From NCBI RefSeq assembly GCF_006345805.1, contig NC_043008.1, positions 3,224,001-3,288,000 of the forward strand: DNA of 64,000 nt, written 5' to 3'. The notes beneath the pieces were generated by a model. The model made no database searches and was not told the origin of the DNA. It saw only the letters and a list, made by a program, of their open reading frames with translations. The stretch is from Octopus sinensis (taxonomy: Eukaryota). The translations under genes and the position numbers were made by a program. This document shows positions 13,651-27,189 of the stretch, in pieces (positions within the stretch are counted from its first letter, which is position 1; every line of letters begins with the position of its first letter).

Positions 13651-14411
13651 CTTTCAGGGAGATATTCACCGATAGTGCATAACAAAAGCGATGAGATATT
13701 GGTGTTCTACTCTGTCAGAACGTATTAAGAATGAATAGATATTCTATACATCCATCGTTATCCAATTTGTTCTCTTTCTGAGCCATTAGGATGTAAGTTC
13801 AAAAGGATACTTTTCACTAGAAACAGCCACCGAGTACACTTTCATGTGTCGGCTTACCTAATTCGTTCGCCTCTGTAGATAGGTTTATATTTCTGGTGTG
13901 ATATATATCTGGCTCAAAGGTTTTTTGTTAATAGTATTTTGTGAGTTATTGCGAAAGGAGTTTACCAATATTTTATGTTGTGCTTTGTTTTTAGTTTTTT
14001 TAATCTATATTTATTTGGTATACGCTAATTTTCATGAATACAAACTCCAGTAGATTTTATGCATTCTTAGAATTTGAGTAGCAGATCTAAAATCTCATTC
14101 TTATTAGTGTTCGGGGCGGTTTTTATACAAGGCTTCGGAAACTTTATATTATTATATACGGAATTTCTAGAAACTAAACCACACGTTTGCACTTCATTTT
14201 ATTATATCTATTTTTTTTAAAAATAAATGTTCCACTACATTCACATATTTTTCCACTCACTTTATTCGCGAAGAGACTCTTTAAATACGATAAATGGATT
14301 CTCCGCCAAAATATTGAAATGCTTTCATCGGCGTGATTCATGTCAAACATTACATGTGTATGCATGCATGTATGTATGAATACATACATATATACATACA
14401 GACACACATAC

Positions 14412-14538
14412 TCACAAGGTTTTGGTCAGCTCGGAGCCCTAGTACAAAGCACCTGTCCAAGATGCCACGCAGTGGAACTGAACCCAGAACCATATGGTTG
14501 ATAAGCAAACTTCTTATCTCAGTGCTGCTCATGCGCCT
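14412..14538 (-). mobile_element. SINE family A head
   Basis: Reverse complement ggcgcatgag...ggttctgggttcagttccactgcgtggcatcttgg. Confidence 0.8.
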
Positions 14539-14589
14539 ATATATATATATATATATATATAAACACACACATATATATGTATATATATA

Positions 14590-14620
<31 letters not shown>

Positions 14621-14719
14621 ATATATATATAATAGAGAGAGAGAAGGAGTTAAAGAGACATTTATGTACATACATGTATATTCATATATATATATATATA
14701 TATAGATATATATATATAT

Positions 14720-14764
<45 letters not shown>

Positions 14765-15624
14765 GTTATGAATGAACACATGTGTGTGTGCCGTGTGTGC
14801 GTATGAAATTGGCATTGTAGAAAGTGAGCGTTATAGATAGATTAATAGACAGACAGACACACAGAGGGAGGGAGAGAGAGAGAGAGAGATAAACAGATAG
14901 AGAATTGAATGCCCTTAGAGCATTAGCAAACAGTAATTAATATTCTTAATAAAGAAAAAAGAAATTGAAGAAAAACATATCACGAACAAACAAAAAGAGT
15001 AAGAATGAAAAATAAATCAAACGATAGAAACGAACCAAAGACAAACATTCCAAGAAATGATGTTTTTTTGTTTCTTCAGTATATTTCGTTTTTCGTTTTG
15101 TGTTTGGGTTAACTGTTTCTGTTTTTCGTTTTTCTGTTTTTTCATTTTTTTTAACAATGCATATCAGGTGGCCGAGTCGGCCGGCGGCTGATTAATAAGA
15201 TGTGAAAGAAGCAGTTTCATTGTTATCGGCCTTAACCGTTTTATATGCTTCATATTCTTCGTCTCCCTGATAACAAACATGACAACTTTAACCAATTATA
15301 TCAGGCATTCGTTGAAAATGAAGAAGAGACAGAAGATGAGAAAAAAGAAGATGAGAAGAAAGAGAAAAAGAAGCGAAGGAAGGAAAGGTGCAAGAAGGAA
15401 TAGAAAAGAACGAGAAGAAAAAAGAAATAATCCAACCTTTCTTTTCATTACATTATCATTTAATACTTTTTTTGTAATTTGTTTTGTTGTATTATTTCAT
15501 GTTGTTCTTTTGTATGTTTTTGCATTATTTATTTCTTTATGTATTGAATCATTCTTTTGTTGGTTTAAGTTTTTCTCCGTTTACATATGCTATATATATA
15601 TATGCATTATACTATATATATATG

Positions 15625-15668
<44 letters not shown>

Positions 15669-15677
15669 CATTATACC

Positions 15678-15711
<34 letters not shown>

Positions 15712-16973
15712 ATATATATAATATATATATATATACATAATATATTATATATATATATATATAATATATTATATATATAATATATATGTATATATATATA
15801 TATGTTTGTGTGTATGGGTGTATGTGTGTTTGTATGTACGCATGTGGGTGTGTATGTATTCATTCGCTTATTTCTGTTCGCTTCAGGGGAGATTATTATA
15901 ACACGAAATAACATCATTTTCATTGTTGTCAGTGAATTTGAAGTAACTCACCTGACTAGCATCGCATTTCTTACAGTCTGCTCTCCGCTTTTCACTTACT
16001 CCATCTCTCCATCTCTCCCTCTCTCTCTGCAAAAAAATTCCACATTATTATTAATATTATTTAAAACTATTACTGAAAGCACCACCACTACGACTGCTAC
16101 TACTACTACTACTACCACCACTACTACAACTACTATTGTTACTGCCGTTAATGGCTGCCGTAGTTTTTGTTATTGCAGTCTCTTTGTTACTGAAGGTCTT
16201 CAAAATGACATGCTTAAATAGTTTATCTCAACAACAATTGTTTAGCATCCATTAGAGTGTTAGAAAAGACCTTTCACGGAGGAAACAAGATTAACAATGA
16301 TGCGTACAAGACCGCTTCGGGGCAAAAGATATCAGCTATTTTTCAATATGACACGTATTTAGAGAGGCTTTGTGCTTTAGCTGTTTTCAATGAAGACAAT
16401 TAAGGGAATTATTTATGCGCGTGTAGGTGGCGCGAACAGAAATTATGCGAAGAGTATAAGGGTTAAACGAGCATAATAATAATAATATAATAATAATAAT
16501 AATTATTATTATTATTATTATTATTACTATTGTTGTTATTAATATCATTGTTATTATGGTAATGCCAAGAAGAACAAAAGCAACAACTACAACAGCAATG
16601 TTTACAATGATATTAATAATAATAACAATAATAATAATAATAATAACAATAATAATAATAATAATAATAATGAAGGAGTGCAAAAAGAAGAAGAAGAAGA
16701 AGAAGAAGAAAAACTTATTTAAAAATAATTCTAACATTAAGAAGAGTAATAAAAAACAATATACAACAATAGTTTTACTAATAATAAAATGATGATGACT
16801 AATAGTAATATTAGTAGTAGTAGTATATTTTCTTACAACTGTCATGAGTTTGAACTGGTCGTCAAGGAACCATAAAAACAATACAAAAGTCATCTTAATG
16901 GAAGGTGTTACAAAGCATTTGGCGATGCACGTGGGCATATATATATATATGTATGTGTGTGTATATATATATG

Positions 16974-17085
<112 letters not shown>

Positions 17086-17275
17086 ATGTGATATATATAA
17101 ATGTATGTTTATGTATCTGTCTGTCTGTATCTCTCTCTCACTCTCTCTCTCCCTATATATATATATATATGTGTGTGTGGTGTGTGTGTAATTCCAATGA
17201 TCCAGGTGTAGGAAGAAAGTTACCTTCAAACAATCCGTAGTAAATGTAAAACACAACTTTCAGGGAAATACTAGT

Positions 17276-17715
17276 TTACTCAAAGTAACTACCTGCGTAC
17301 CCCTTGCTTCGGACAGGGTCTCCAGACGGTTTCGGTGCATGCGTTTCTTTCTGTGTCCCTAAGCTGTCCATCGAACACCTGCTTCATCTTAGCTACTTAC
17401 CTTGACGTTGGTATCGCAGCAAGAGCAGTTGGTGTCTTTCGCTACCATTATCGTCCATTATTGTCCACACACAGTAATCCATGGAATTACAAATCTGAAG
17501 CCAGAAAATGGAGATGGTGAAGTCGTAGAAATTTTCCGAGGACGAATTCTGAAGGAATGGCATGGAGCAGAATCCTGGTGCCACACATGTAGCCTTCTTG
17601 TAGCAACCGTCTCCAGCAATGATTTATTGAGACAGAAGGTTGTGGACTTCTTCGCATCGAAGGACGATAAAGTGAGAAAAGTTCTTTTTATATTTCACGG
17701 TAGGCGATCAGAGTG
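17276..17715 (-). mobile_element. Tc1/mariner (maT/DD37D-like) transposase pseudogene, internally deleted
   Basis: Frameshifted minus-strand translation: LLETV...VWHQDSAPCH...SENFYDFT...CNSMDYCVW...MKQVF...RNAC...GSYFE*. Confidence 0.8.
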
Positions 17716-17756
17716 GCGAATAAGAATACGAGAGTTGAGGGATGGAGTAGCTAAGA

Positions 17757-17973
17757 TCCGGGCTACATATGCTTCATATCGAGTGGAACATTGGAAATGG
17801 TAATTACCGCAGACTACTCATTAGGCCAAGGATGTCTTGATTAAATCAAAGTTTACATTGTCGCAAGGAGGTATATGCTTACACATTGAAGATTTGAATT
17901 TTCCATGTCTAAATTCGCTTGGATATTTACCACTTCCGAGCTTCCGCTCGCTATGAAGCATACATAGCCCGAG
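17757..17973. mobile_element. MITE (~217 bp) with ~47-bp TIRs, Tc1/mariner-type
   Basis: Left tccgggctacatatgcttcatatcgagtggaa... versus reverse complement of right ctcgggctatgtatgcttcatagcgagcggaa... (37/47 identical); TA follows the right end. Confidence 0.85.
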
Positions 17974-19665
17974 TATTATCTATTCCATATCTTGTATGTA
18001 TGTATATATATATATTAGATCCGTTAAAATACATCATATAAGGTCAATCCATATACATACGAGTGCATGAGTACTATGTGTGTTGACCAGGAAACCTATA
18101 AACTTGATGTCATCTTAGTATAGTAGATATTGAAAATGGTCGGTGTTGAAGGGGTCTTTGTGCAACTCAGATGTCGAACCGATGCAACGGTTCCGTGTCT
18201 GCCCGATGATAATATAAAACAAACGACAACACGAGTGCAATCTTCAGTATTCATGCATTATATTATTATAATTCATCTCTTCAGCAATTTTGCTGAAATT
18301 GTTAATTTATGTCATTGTCTATTTGAAGCACAATGGAATTCTTTGAATTCCTAAGAGGAAATATATCAGCATAAATGTCCTTGTGGGCCAAACCCTTTCT
18401 TCTGCAGGTACTTGCAATACAACTAATTATATTAAATATATTTCAAGGCCCCGTGGTGTTACTAAATCTCATGACAGACTAAATTTTACTACACATCCAC
18501 CCCAACGATCCCTCCAGTGTATATGCAAGTAGTTTCCCTCCAAAGTTTTGTCACAATGCCGCATGCACTTTCTTACGAAGTGAATGTCTTACTTTCTCAT
18601 CCTTACCTAAGATGCTTCAAATGAGAAATAGGAATTGATCGCTAATCGTCCTGAAACAAAACACAATTTGCTTCACAATTCTACTTGTAGAAGTCATAAT
18701 TATCCGATTCCGTATTCATTTAAATCTGAAGGACAATTTGCTTTTAAAGTTGGGATACCCTTTCTACTGTTCGCTAACCTTAGAACTATTAAAACCACGT
18801 GCGTTGTCATGTCAGTGGAGACGAAATAACGAGTGCATTGAACTAATGCTTTTAATTGTTTTATGTAAAGTATAAAATGTGAGATGATCGATGCTATCAC
18901 ATAGCTACCAGTGCAACATGACAGAAAAGGTACTACGGCGGTGGCAGGCCATTGTCAGAAGAGCATAATATTTAGTTTGGAGGAGCCTGAGATGCCAGAG
19001 TATGAAGAATGGAGATGAGGTAAGTTTATTTGGTACTGAGTGAAGAATAACGAACTCACCTTGTCAGAATTCGAAAACTAAACATTCTCTGTAGTTTCAA
19101 AATTACTCTTTATTCGACATTTAGTTTCTGCTGAAGGTAGTCGAATAGCACGTTATTTCAATTTCCATCCATGGACATTACTCTATCCAAAGAGATAAAT
19201 CGTATTTAGAAAAAATCGAAAAAACAAGATATATATAAATGTCAAAAATATGTTGAAAAATAAAGCTAAGACTAACCTTGAGCGGATTCATATCAGAAAG
19301 CTGTATAGAGTTGTAAACATAGATTCGTAATGAAAAATGCGACAAAGGTAAAATTATCAATAAAAATACAATATCTCTGACAGTTTTCTGAATTCTTCTA
19401 AAATATCTATTAACTTTCTTAGTCTAGGGTGGAGAACAACAAGAAAAGGTATGTTTGTCTTTTATAAATATTTGTAGTGTTATCTGCCATTTTTTGCTTT
19501 CATCAATATCTTAAAACTCAATCTTTGATGTTCTTTTTAGTCCGTGGTTTTCCATTCTTTTATTGTATACTATTTGTCTAAATGTTTTTCTGATATGGTT
19601 TCCTGTAAATTCTTTATTTCTAGCGACTTTTACCAAACACACACAAACTCACACATATACAGACA

Positions 19666-19712
<47 letters not shown>

Positions 19713-20528
19713 TTATATATATATATATTATATATATATACAGTCACATACAGGGATTTACGCACATATATACAATATATACATGTATGTATGTATGTAT
19801 GTATGTATGTATGTATGTATGTATTATGTATGTATGTATGTATGTATTTATGTATGTGTGTATGTGTGTATGTATGTATGTATGTGTGTGTATGTATGTA
19901 TGTATGTATTTATGTATTTATGTATGTATGTATTTATGTATGTATGTATGTATGTATGTATGTATGTATGTATGTATGTATGTGTGTATGTATTTATGTA
20001 TGTCTGTATGTATGTATTTATGTATGTATGTATTTATGTATGTATGTATGTATTTACGTATGTATGCATGTGTGTACGTATGTATGTATTTATGTATGTA
20101 TATATGTATGTAAACCGTTTATTTATTTTCTCTTCCACTACTTTTCCAATGGAGAAAACCTTCGATGAAACGAAACGGAATGGTAAAGAGAAATCCTGTT
20201 TTCATTTCGTTTCTATTTGATCATTTTAAATATTTAGTTGAATTCCAATTTCACAAGAGTCATTTCCTCCCTCGGCAGTTGCAGACAACTATTTCTGAAT
20301 TTCTTAACGAAAGTTTCCCAGAGAATATAACAGCTCCTATTAACCTATCATAACCTTATATGTCATGAATTGATTAAAAACTATATTCTTTATATAAAGG
20401 TGTGTGGCAGTCATTTGGGAAAATTGATAGAAGTAGATGTGATATTCGAAAAAAGTCGCAAAAACTTAATTTATCACCATTTTTCATATTTTAAAATTCA
20501 TTTTCATCTGCTTTTTATCGAACTCTAT

Positions 20529-20560
<32 letters not shown>

Positions 20561-20622
20561 TATCATCAATGTTATTAATATTAATAGTAGTAGCGGCAGC
20601 AGTGGTAGTAACGGTGGTAGTG

Positions 20623-20669
<47 letters not shown>

Positions 20670-20673
20670 GGTG

Positions 20674-20725
<52 letters not shown>

Positions 20726-20779
20726 CAGCAGTAGTAGTATTAGTGGTGGTGATGGTGGTTGTGGTGGTAGTAGTAGTAA

Positions 20780-20814
<35 letters not shown>

Positions 20815-21327
20815 TTTTTATTATCTACTATTGTCAATGTTATATTTAGTGTGTCTTTAAGAAATTCGTTATAACTTACTAATATAGTTGCAAAATTCTC
20901 AGAAGTGTTTATAAATGGAATGAAGAAAAATACCAAAGCAGCAATAACAGATCATGAAATACGAAAGTGGAACTTCTTAATAAAAGCAACCTTGTGTCAC
21001 GCTCTACATTTCAGATAACAATACTCTGCTTTAAATGCACAGCTGTGGTTGGAAATAGTTGTTTCGCTTGTCTCAAAATCTGTGCGCAAAAATGTAGGTC
21101 AGGAGGAAGTGGTTACATTTCCTCAAGCAAATGCGTCGAATGGCTGCCATCTTGAGATACTTCCCACGTCAATATACGTGTGTGGGGGCTTGGATATTTA
21201 TGTGCTTGTATGTGTCCGCGCGTATGTAAGATATATACTTATATACATACATGCATATTACATATATATATATATTGTTATATTTCGGAATGGTCATATT
21301 GCCAGTTTAGCCAACAAATATTTAAAC

Positions 21328-21372
<45 letters not shown>

Positions 21373-21381
21373 TTATTATTG

Positions 21382-21502
21382 TTATATAGAAGGAGCTTCT
21401 ACAGGACTAGAACTGTTTCATTCAAATGAAATCATCAGGAAGCTTGCTGATGATTTCATTGAATGAAACAGTTCTAGTCCTGTAGAAGCTCCTTCTATAT
21501 AA
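21382..21502. other. 121-bp near-perfect palindrome carrying two opposed hammerhead-like cores
   Basis: Arms 21382-21438 and 21447-21502 differ by one indel. CTGATGA...GAAAC...GTC reads on both strands. Confidence 0.8.
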
Positions 21503-21572
21503 TAAATTAATTTACTCTGCTACGTATTGAGTACCTTATTTACTGTGGTTAACCCCGACTCAACCCGGGACC

Positions 21573-21623
<51 letters not shown>

Positions 21624-21789
21624 ACATATGCATGAATGTATAGGAGAATGATGTCCAACACTATTTTCCTGGTGTTTAACTGCTACTCTTGGCCATGCTT
21701 CTTTTGTTGAGTATTGCCTTTCTGGGATATAAGCGAGGCACCGAGCTTCTTGTCTCTTCAACTTGTATCGATTTACTGCCATTTCCAAT

Positions 21790-22690
21790 GTTTTACAGAG
21801 TGTTAATCCTGATCTCCTTTATGCGGATGATTGCGGCTTAGATAATCATTCAGCGGAAGATATGAGCATTCACATGGAACATATTCCAGCATCTTCAAAG
21901 GTATTTGGAAGCTGGACATCAGTTGTAATGTCCCAGCCTATGCCTGGAAAACCTTATGGAAATCCATCTGTCTTACCTGAAGAAACAGAACTGAAACATA
22001 GTAGACAAGTGTATCCAATGGGCTGCGCACTCTAACGACGTTATTGTAACTTGCATGATGAAATGCCTTCATAGCTTCAGTAGGCATTCGATTCCTTCAG
22101 AGCTTTTGAGTCTCTTGCCTGGTTCCAATATGGCAACACAAGGCGAACAAAAGTTGTAGTATAACATGTTGCGTGTGCTTCTTTAATCAAATGAAACGTG
22201 GACTCTTTACAGATATCCTATGAGAGTCATCGAATGCTTTCAAGATAGATACCTGAAACACCATTTGAATGCTGGCTGGTCGTTGCAGACACCAGACACA
22301 AGGATCAATTACGCTGGGTTGAACAGATTATAGGGATGACTAATGAGTAGATACCTACGAAAAATGCTATGCGATGTATTTCTTTTATGGAAGTACTCCC
22401 AGATAAAGCCAAAACTACTTTAAGGATTATAAATGTCCTCATTGAAGGCATGCGAGACTTAGAAGGCGGATTGGGAAAGCAATGTTTTAGATGACCATCA
22501 ATGAAAGTAACAAATAGAAGAAGGTGTGGGTATCTTCTAAGAAACACTCATTTCACCTTGGCTGAAGTGAAGCGACCTGCCCGAAAACGTATAGCCAATG
22601 ACGTGAATAGAGAGAAGTTCCGTGTGCAGTATCTTCCAATGTGTATGCCTATCAGGAGCCAGTGTGTAGCGTATAATTCTTTACAGAGTT
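21790..22690 (+). mobile_element. RTE/BovB-like LINE reverse transcriptase C-terminal remnant
   Basis: LLYADDCGL..HSAEDM, VMSQPMPGKPY, then frameshifted ETWTLYR-like and QLRW-like segments typical of RTE ORF2. Confidence 0.85.
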
Positions 22691-23088
22691 CAGTGTCCTG
22701 AGTGATCAGTGGTGCAATTTCTAAATTACTAAAAATGGACAGACATACATACAGGCACATACATAAATTCATACATACATGCACACTGCCTAAATACCAA
22801 TCTTGAGGAATTAGGATTCTCAAAAGCAGAAAGGAGAAAGCTGATTCGAAGACTACGGATCCAATCCATCACTGGAACTGGAAAACTCTGCAAAGCTTTC
22901 CAGAATTGATCATTTAAGGATATCAGCATGTCTAGATATGCAAGTATATGCATGAGAAGAATATGTACATACATACATACATACATACATACATACATAC
23001 ATACATACACACATGCCCTGTTGTTGACGTTGAACGACGCTTGGATCTAGGTTAGAAACTGGCTCTTTCTCTTTTGGAATCTTAAAAT

Positions 23089-23294
23089 TATTTCTTTATT
23101 ACCCACAAGGGACTAAACACAGAGGGGACAAACAAGGACAGATATCGACCCCAGTGCGTAACTGGTACTTAATTTATCGACCCCGAAAGGATGAAAGGCA
23201 AAGTCGACCTCGGCGGAATTTGAACTCATAACGTAACAGCAGACGAAATACGGCTACGCATTTCACCCAGCGTGCTAACGTTTCTGCCAGCTCG
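23089..23294 (-). mobile_element. tRNA-derived SINE family B, complete, with 8-bp TSD
   Basis: Reverse complement cgagctggcagaaacgttagc...gagttcaaattcc...gcctttcatcctttcggggtcgataaa; cttaaaat flanks both sides (23081-23088 and 23295-23302). Confidence 0.9.
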
Positions 23295-23789
23295 CTTAAA
23301 ATAATGAAATGCATATATGCGTACACAATCATTATACATTTATACTAGATTTTGACATACTTCACGGAACCAGAGTAGAACGATAATGAAATAGCATATG
23401 GACAAATGGAAAACAAATTCTAAAACGATTCGAAGCCAAATAATTCAATTTCTCATAAATAATATTTACGTAAAGAATGATACATTTTATGAGGAAGAGC
23501 GATTTATTATATCCAAATGAAACGAATAAGCACCAGGTGTGACTAACAAAGAGAACAAACCTAGACTACGATGTGGTGTATGCTAAGATGACAGTTGAAT
23601 AAATACCAACATTGACAAGTGTTATTCTTTTCCTATTTTCCTCTGGGCTCTGAATAAAGACAGCGGAGTACTTGAAGATTTGCATTCGTGATTTGATATC
23701 AAAATCAAAACTGATTTAGAACAACTGCTACGGCTGCGGTACCCAACCTTTTCGATATATGTATGCATATATATATATATATATATATA

Positions 23790-23975
23790 TAAAGGTAATC
23801 CAAACAAGAAAACACAAAAAACACAACGACGCGAGGACGTGGAACAAATATAGTATTATTCGACCCTCAGGAGAGAAGGAGGGTTTAACGTTTCGAGCGA
23901 AGCTCTTCGTCGGAAACATAGGAGAAGGAAAGATCCACAGAAGGGAGGAAAAAAATCACCAACGATACACACGAG
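23790..23975 (-). mobile_element. (TA)n-embedded Penelope pLTR-like cassette with minimal hammerhead motif
   Basis: Reverse complement of 23883-23917: gttt-CCGACGA-A-GAGC-TTC-GCTC-GAAAC-GT-T-aaac. Confidence 0.6.
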
Positions 23976-24122
23976 GTTACATACATATACATATATATAC
24001 ATATATATATGAATTAACAGAATGAAATTTAAAAATTCAAGATTGTGAAGTTTTCACTATAAATATATATATATACAGAGAGAGGGAGAGAGAGAGAGAG
24101 GGAGAGAGAGAAAGAGAGATTA

Positions 24123-24625
24123 TATTAGTTTGGCAACTAAGTTCCCGCCGTGTTTTTTTTAATTTTGGAATTTATTGCTTTTTTAAATTTTGGAATCTAT
24201 TTTTTTCGAGAATTCTATTTTTGAGTCATTTTGGAAACTATTTGATTTTCTTTTAGTTATTTTCTAGTTAATTTTAGTTAATTTTTATTTATTTCAGATC
24301 ATTAAAATGGAATTTAAAGTTAAGAAAAACGAGAATTTTCGACACCTCCTGCATTTTGCTTTTAATCAAGGCTCTAAGGCCACAAAAGCTGCTCGCGACA
24401 TTTGTGCTGCGTAGGACGTAGCTGATACACGTGGTTGGCATGCCAAGTTCAAAAATGGGAATTTTGACCTCAAAGACATTCCTATTTCTGTCCGTGCAGC
24501 TGAGTTCGTTGAAGAGCGATTAAAGAAACTTTTGCACGAATATTCTCCTCAAACGGCAAGGAATGCCCCCACACTGCTATAGAGAAGCATTTTCACGTGT
24601 GTCAGCTATGGCATACACAGCACAG
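24123..24625 (+). mobile_element. mariner (DD34D) 5' remnant: TIR and N-terminal HTH
   Basis: tattagtttggcaactaagttccc TIR-like start; ATG at 24307 gives MEFKVKKNENFRHLLHFAFNQGSKATKAARDICA, then AKFKNGNFDLKD after a frameshift. Confidence 0.85.
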
Positions 24626-24639
24626 CACAAATCAAATCT

Positions 24640-25145
24640 TCTACTAGATTTTTCAATTTGTTTAAGAGCTTTTTAAATCTGATGTAGTGATTTTCTGACA
24701 AATTGACCTTTCCTTCTCATATAAGTTTTATATATGATGTCTTCGTGGACAACATTTCTGACTGTTCCTTCTGACACATGCAATAGGCCTCATGGATTTT
24801 CTGGGATTGTTGTCAATGGTCTGTTGAACTTGCTGGATAAATGCAGGTGTCATAATTATTTCAGAGCCATTAGAATACTTTTATGCTTTGATATTGGTGA
24901 TACGTTTCCATCTTCAGTCTCTAGCTCCTTACAAATTTTGTAGACGAAAGATTTGGCGACTTTTAAAAATCGTGCTATTTCTAAATCACTATGCCCAGCC
25001 TTTGTATCCATAATAACGGCATGTCTCTTCAATTCTTGAGTAAGTTGGGGGTCTTCCTTTACTATTCTCTAAAACACAAATTATACAGTGTTAGCAAAAA
25101 ATGCAGCAATGGCTCAAAATCGGTATGTCCTCAAATACCTTACGC

Positions 25146-25152
<7 letters not shown>
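24640..25152 (-). mobile_element. maT/DD37D-like Tc1/mariner 5' remnant
   Basis: Reverse complement starts tatagggtgcg and translates to PQLTQELKRHAVIMDTKAGHSDLEIARFLKVAKSFVYKI...IDNNPRKSMRPIA...VSEGTVRNVVHEDI. Confidence 0.75.
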
Positions 25153-25211
<59 letters not shown>

Positions 25212-25325
25212 AATTTAAAATGGGGGTGAGAAATTAGATATTAATTTAATTAACATCGATTTCACACCAGTGGTCTAGCATATAAAAAAACTGCAGGTTC
25301 AGTAAAATTGTATTATATACATATT

Positions 25326-25506
25326 AGAGGGAAACCACTATGTGGACACCCTTATGCTAGAAATAGAGCTGCTATGGTTATACCACTAAGAAATGTTCTC
25401 AAGAAATGTTCCATATTTTTATTGCTTTTCTTTTCTTGAGAATATTTCTTAGCGGATCTATTTCTAGATTTCTAGCATAAGGGTATCCACATAGTGGTTT
25501 CCCTCT
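25326..25506. mobile_element. 181-bp foldback/MITE with long TIRs
   Basis: Outer 39-bp arms are 38/39 identical (agagggaaaccactatgtgga...gctagaaat); inner 22-bp arms are 20/22 identical. Confidence 0.85.
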
Positions 25507-25517
25507 CATATATATAT

Positions 25518-25554
<37 letters not shown>

Positions 25555-26645
25555 TCACGCGCGAGTCTCTGTACGTGTATGTGAGTGTGAACACATATAT
25601 TTATATGCATGTGTGTGTATGTCCACGTGTGTGTCCGTATCATTCTATTAGTCACATTCACCACTTAATAACCAATGCCGGTTTCTCATCTTCCCGTGAT
25701 TTAATGGTTCGGCATTCATGAACAGTTGTATAAACACCAGACCTAAAATATATAATCAAGTACAGAGTCATGCTGATCGACTAATCACGTGAAGATAGTA
25801 TATCGCAACCCAATGCCAGATGCATATAAATATAAGAAGCAATACGACAATATACAACATGCTTCACGGTATGTGTTTACCTATTCTTAGGCATTTGCTG
25901 TTTTAGATATTTCGGTGTTCACATATGATTCGCCTATGCAGGCAGCTAATGATTTCTGCATAGTATCGTAATAGTATTCTACTGCGTTACATATTTGTAT
26001 CTGTCCTAAAGAAAAGTTTGAGCATGTGGATTTTCTCTTATCAAATCTTTAGAAATTGTATATTGGATGCTTTCTTATAATATTGAATATGTGACATATT
26101 TTGTTAGAGATATTGGAGATGTTGAATTTGACAAAGTTTCATCCTGGTTCTTTGGAAATAGTTCCAGAGATATTGTGTAGGTGGTGATCATTTATTTGTA
26201 TGTATTATTGTTTATTTGAGAGTGCAATAATAGGTTAATTCTCTAAGGATATTTGGCACAATATTTCCAATTTGTTGTGACATGTACGGATGTTTCTTTC
26301 TATTTCTCACAAAAAAATGAATACTGTATAATAAAGCTACAGGAATTACAGCTAGAATCGTTGCACAGAAAACTCTAATAACTCTCCAGATGACAGAATC
26401 ACTGTTTCCTTTGAGCTTCCCCAAAAAATATCTTGGCTGCGTAATTATCCACAAAATGAAGATGGCAGTCATTCTTATTTCCCATATTGCCGAACACTGC
26501 AAGATATCAAATATGGCGCTAGGGTGAGCTTAAAGGAATATAAAAGCAGATCACCCGCTCCTTTCGCAGTAACATTGCTATGTTGACATTTGGCCTTGTG
26601 TGTATACAAATATACACACACACACACACACGCACACGCGCGCGC

Positions 26646-26703
<58 letters not shown>

Positions 26704-26721
26704 ATAAATAACTGACATTAT

Positions 26722-26761
<40 letters not shown>

Positions 26762-26827
26762 ACACACACACACACAGATATAAATAACTGACATTATATA
26801 TATATATATATATATATATACGTTGTT

Positions 26828-27160
26828 AGTGGATCACTTAGACGGAAACTGAAAGAGGCTCGTCGTATATATATGTGTGTGTGTCTGTCTGTCTGTCTGT
26901 CTGTCTGTGTGTGTATGTATGTATGTATGTGTGTGTGCGTGTTCGTGTATGTGTTTGTCCCCACCTCCGTTTAATCTCCGGTGCTGGTGTGTTTACGTCC
27001 CCGAAACTTAATTCGGAAAAAGAGTATAAATAAAAAGGAGAATAAAATACGCAGCAGGCTTTAAAATTATATACTGTGTCTAGTCATTTAACTAAAAGTT
27101 CTTCTAGACGGTGCTCTAGCATGGCCACACTCTAATTGCTGAAACAAGTAAAAGAAGAAA
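26828..27160 (+). mobile_element. Bipartite SINE family A, 5'-truncated and diverged
   Basis: gacggaaactgaaagaggctcgtcgt, microsatellite, then 3' module ending gctgaaacaagtaaaagaag. Confidence 0.7.
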
Positions 27161-27189
27161 GAAGAAAGATGAAAGCTACATTACGTTCT

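Noticed and set aside
18975-19025. Strong donor GAG|GTAAGT as a possible exon end
   Set aside because: No convincing acceptor or recognisable peptide; such sites occur by chance.
26690-26820. Duplicated gatataaataactgacatt within a CA/TA tract
   Set aside because: Ordinary slippage duplication or an assembly artefact in a microsatellite.
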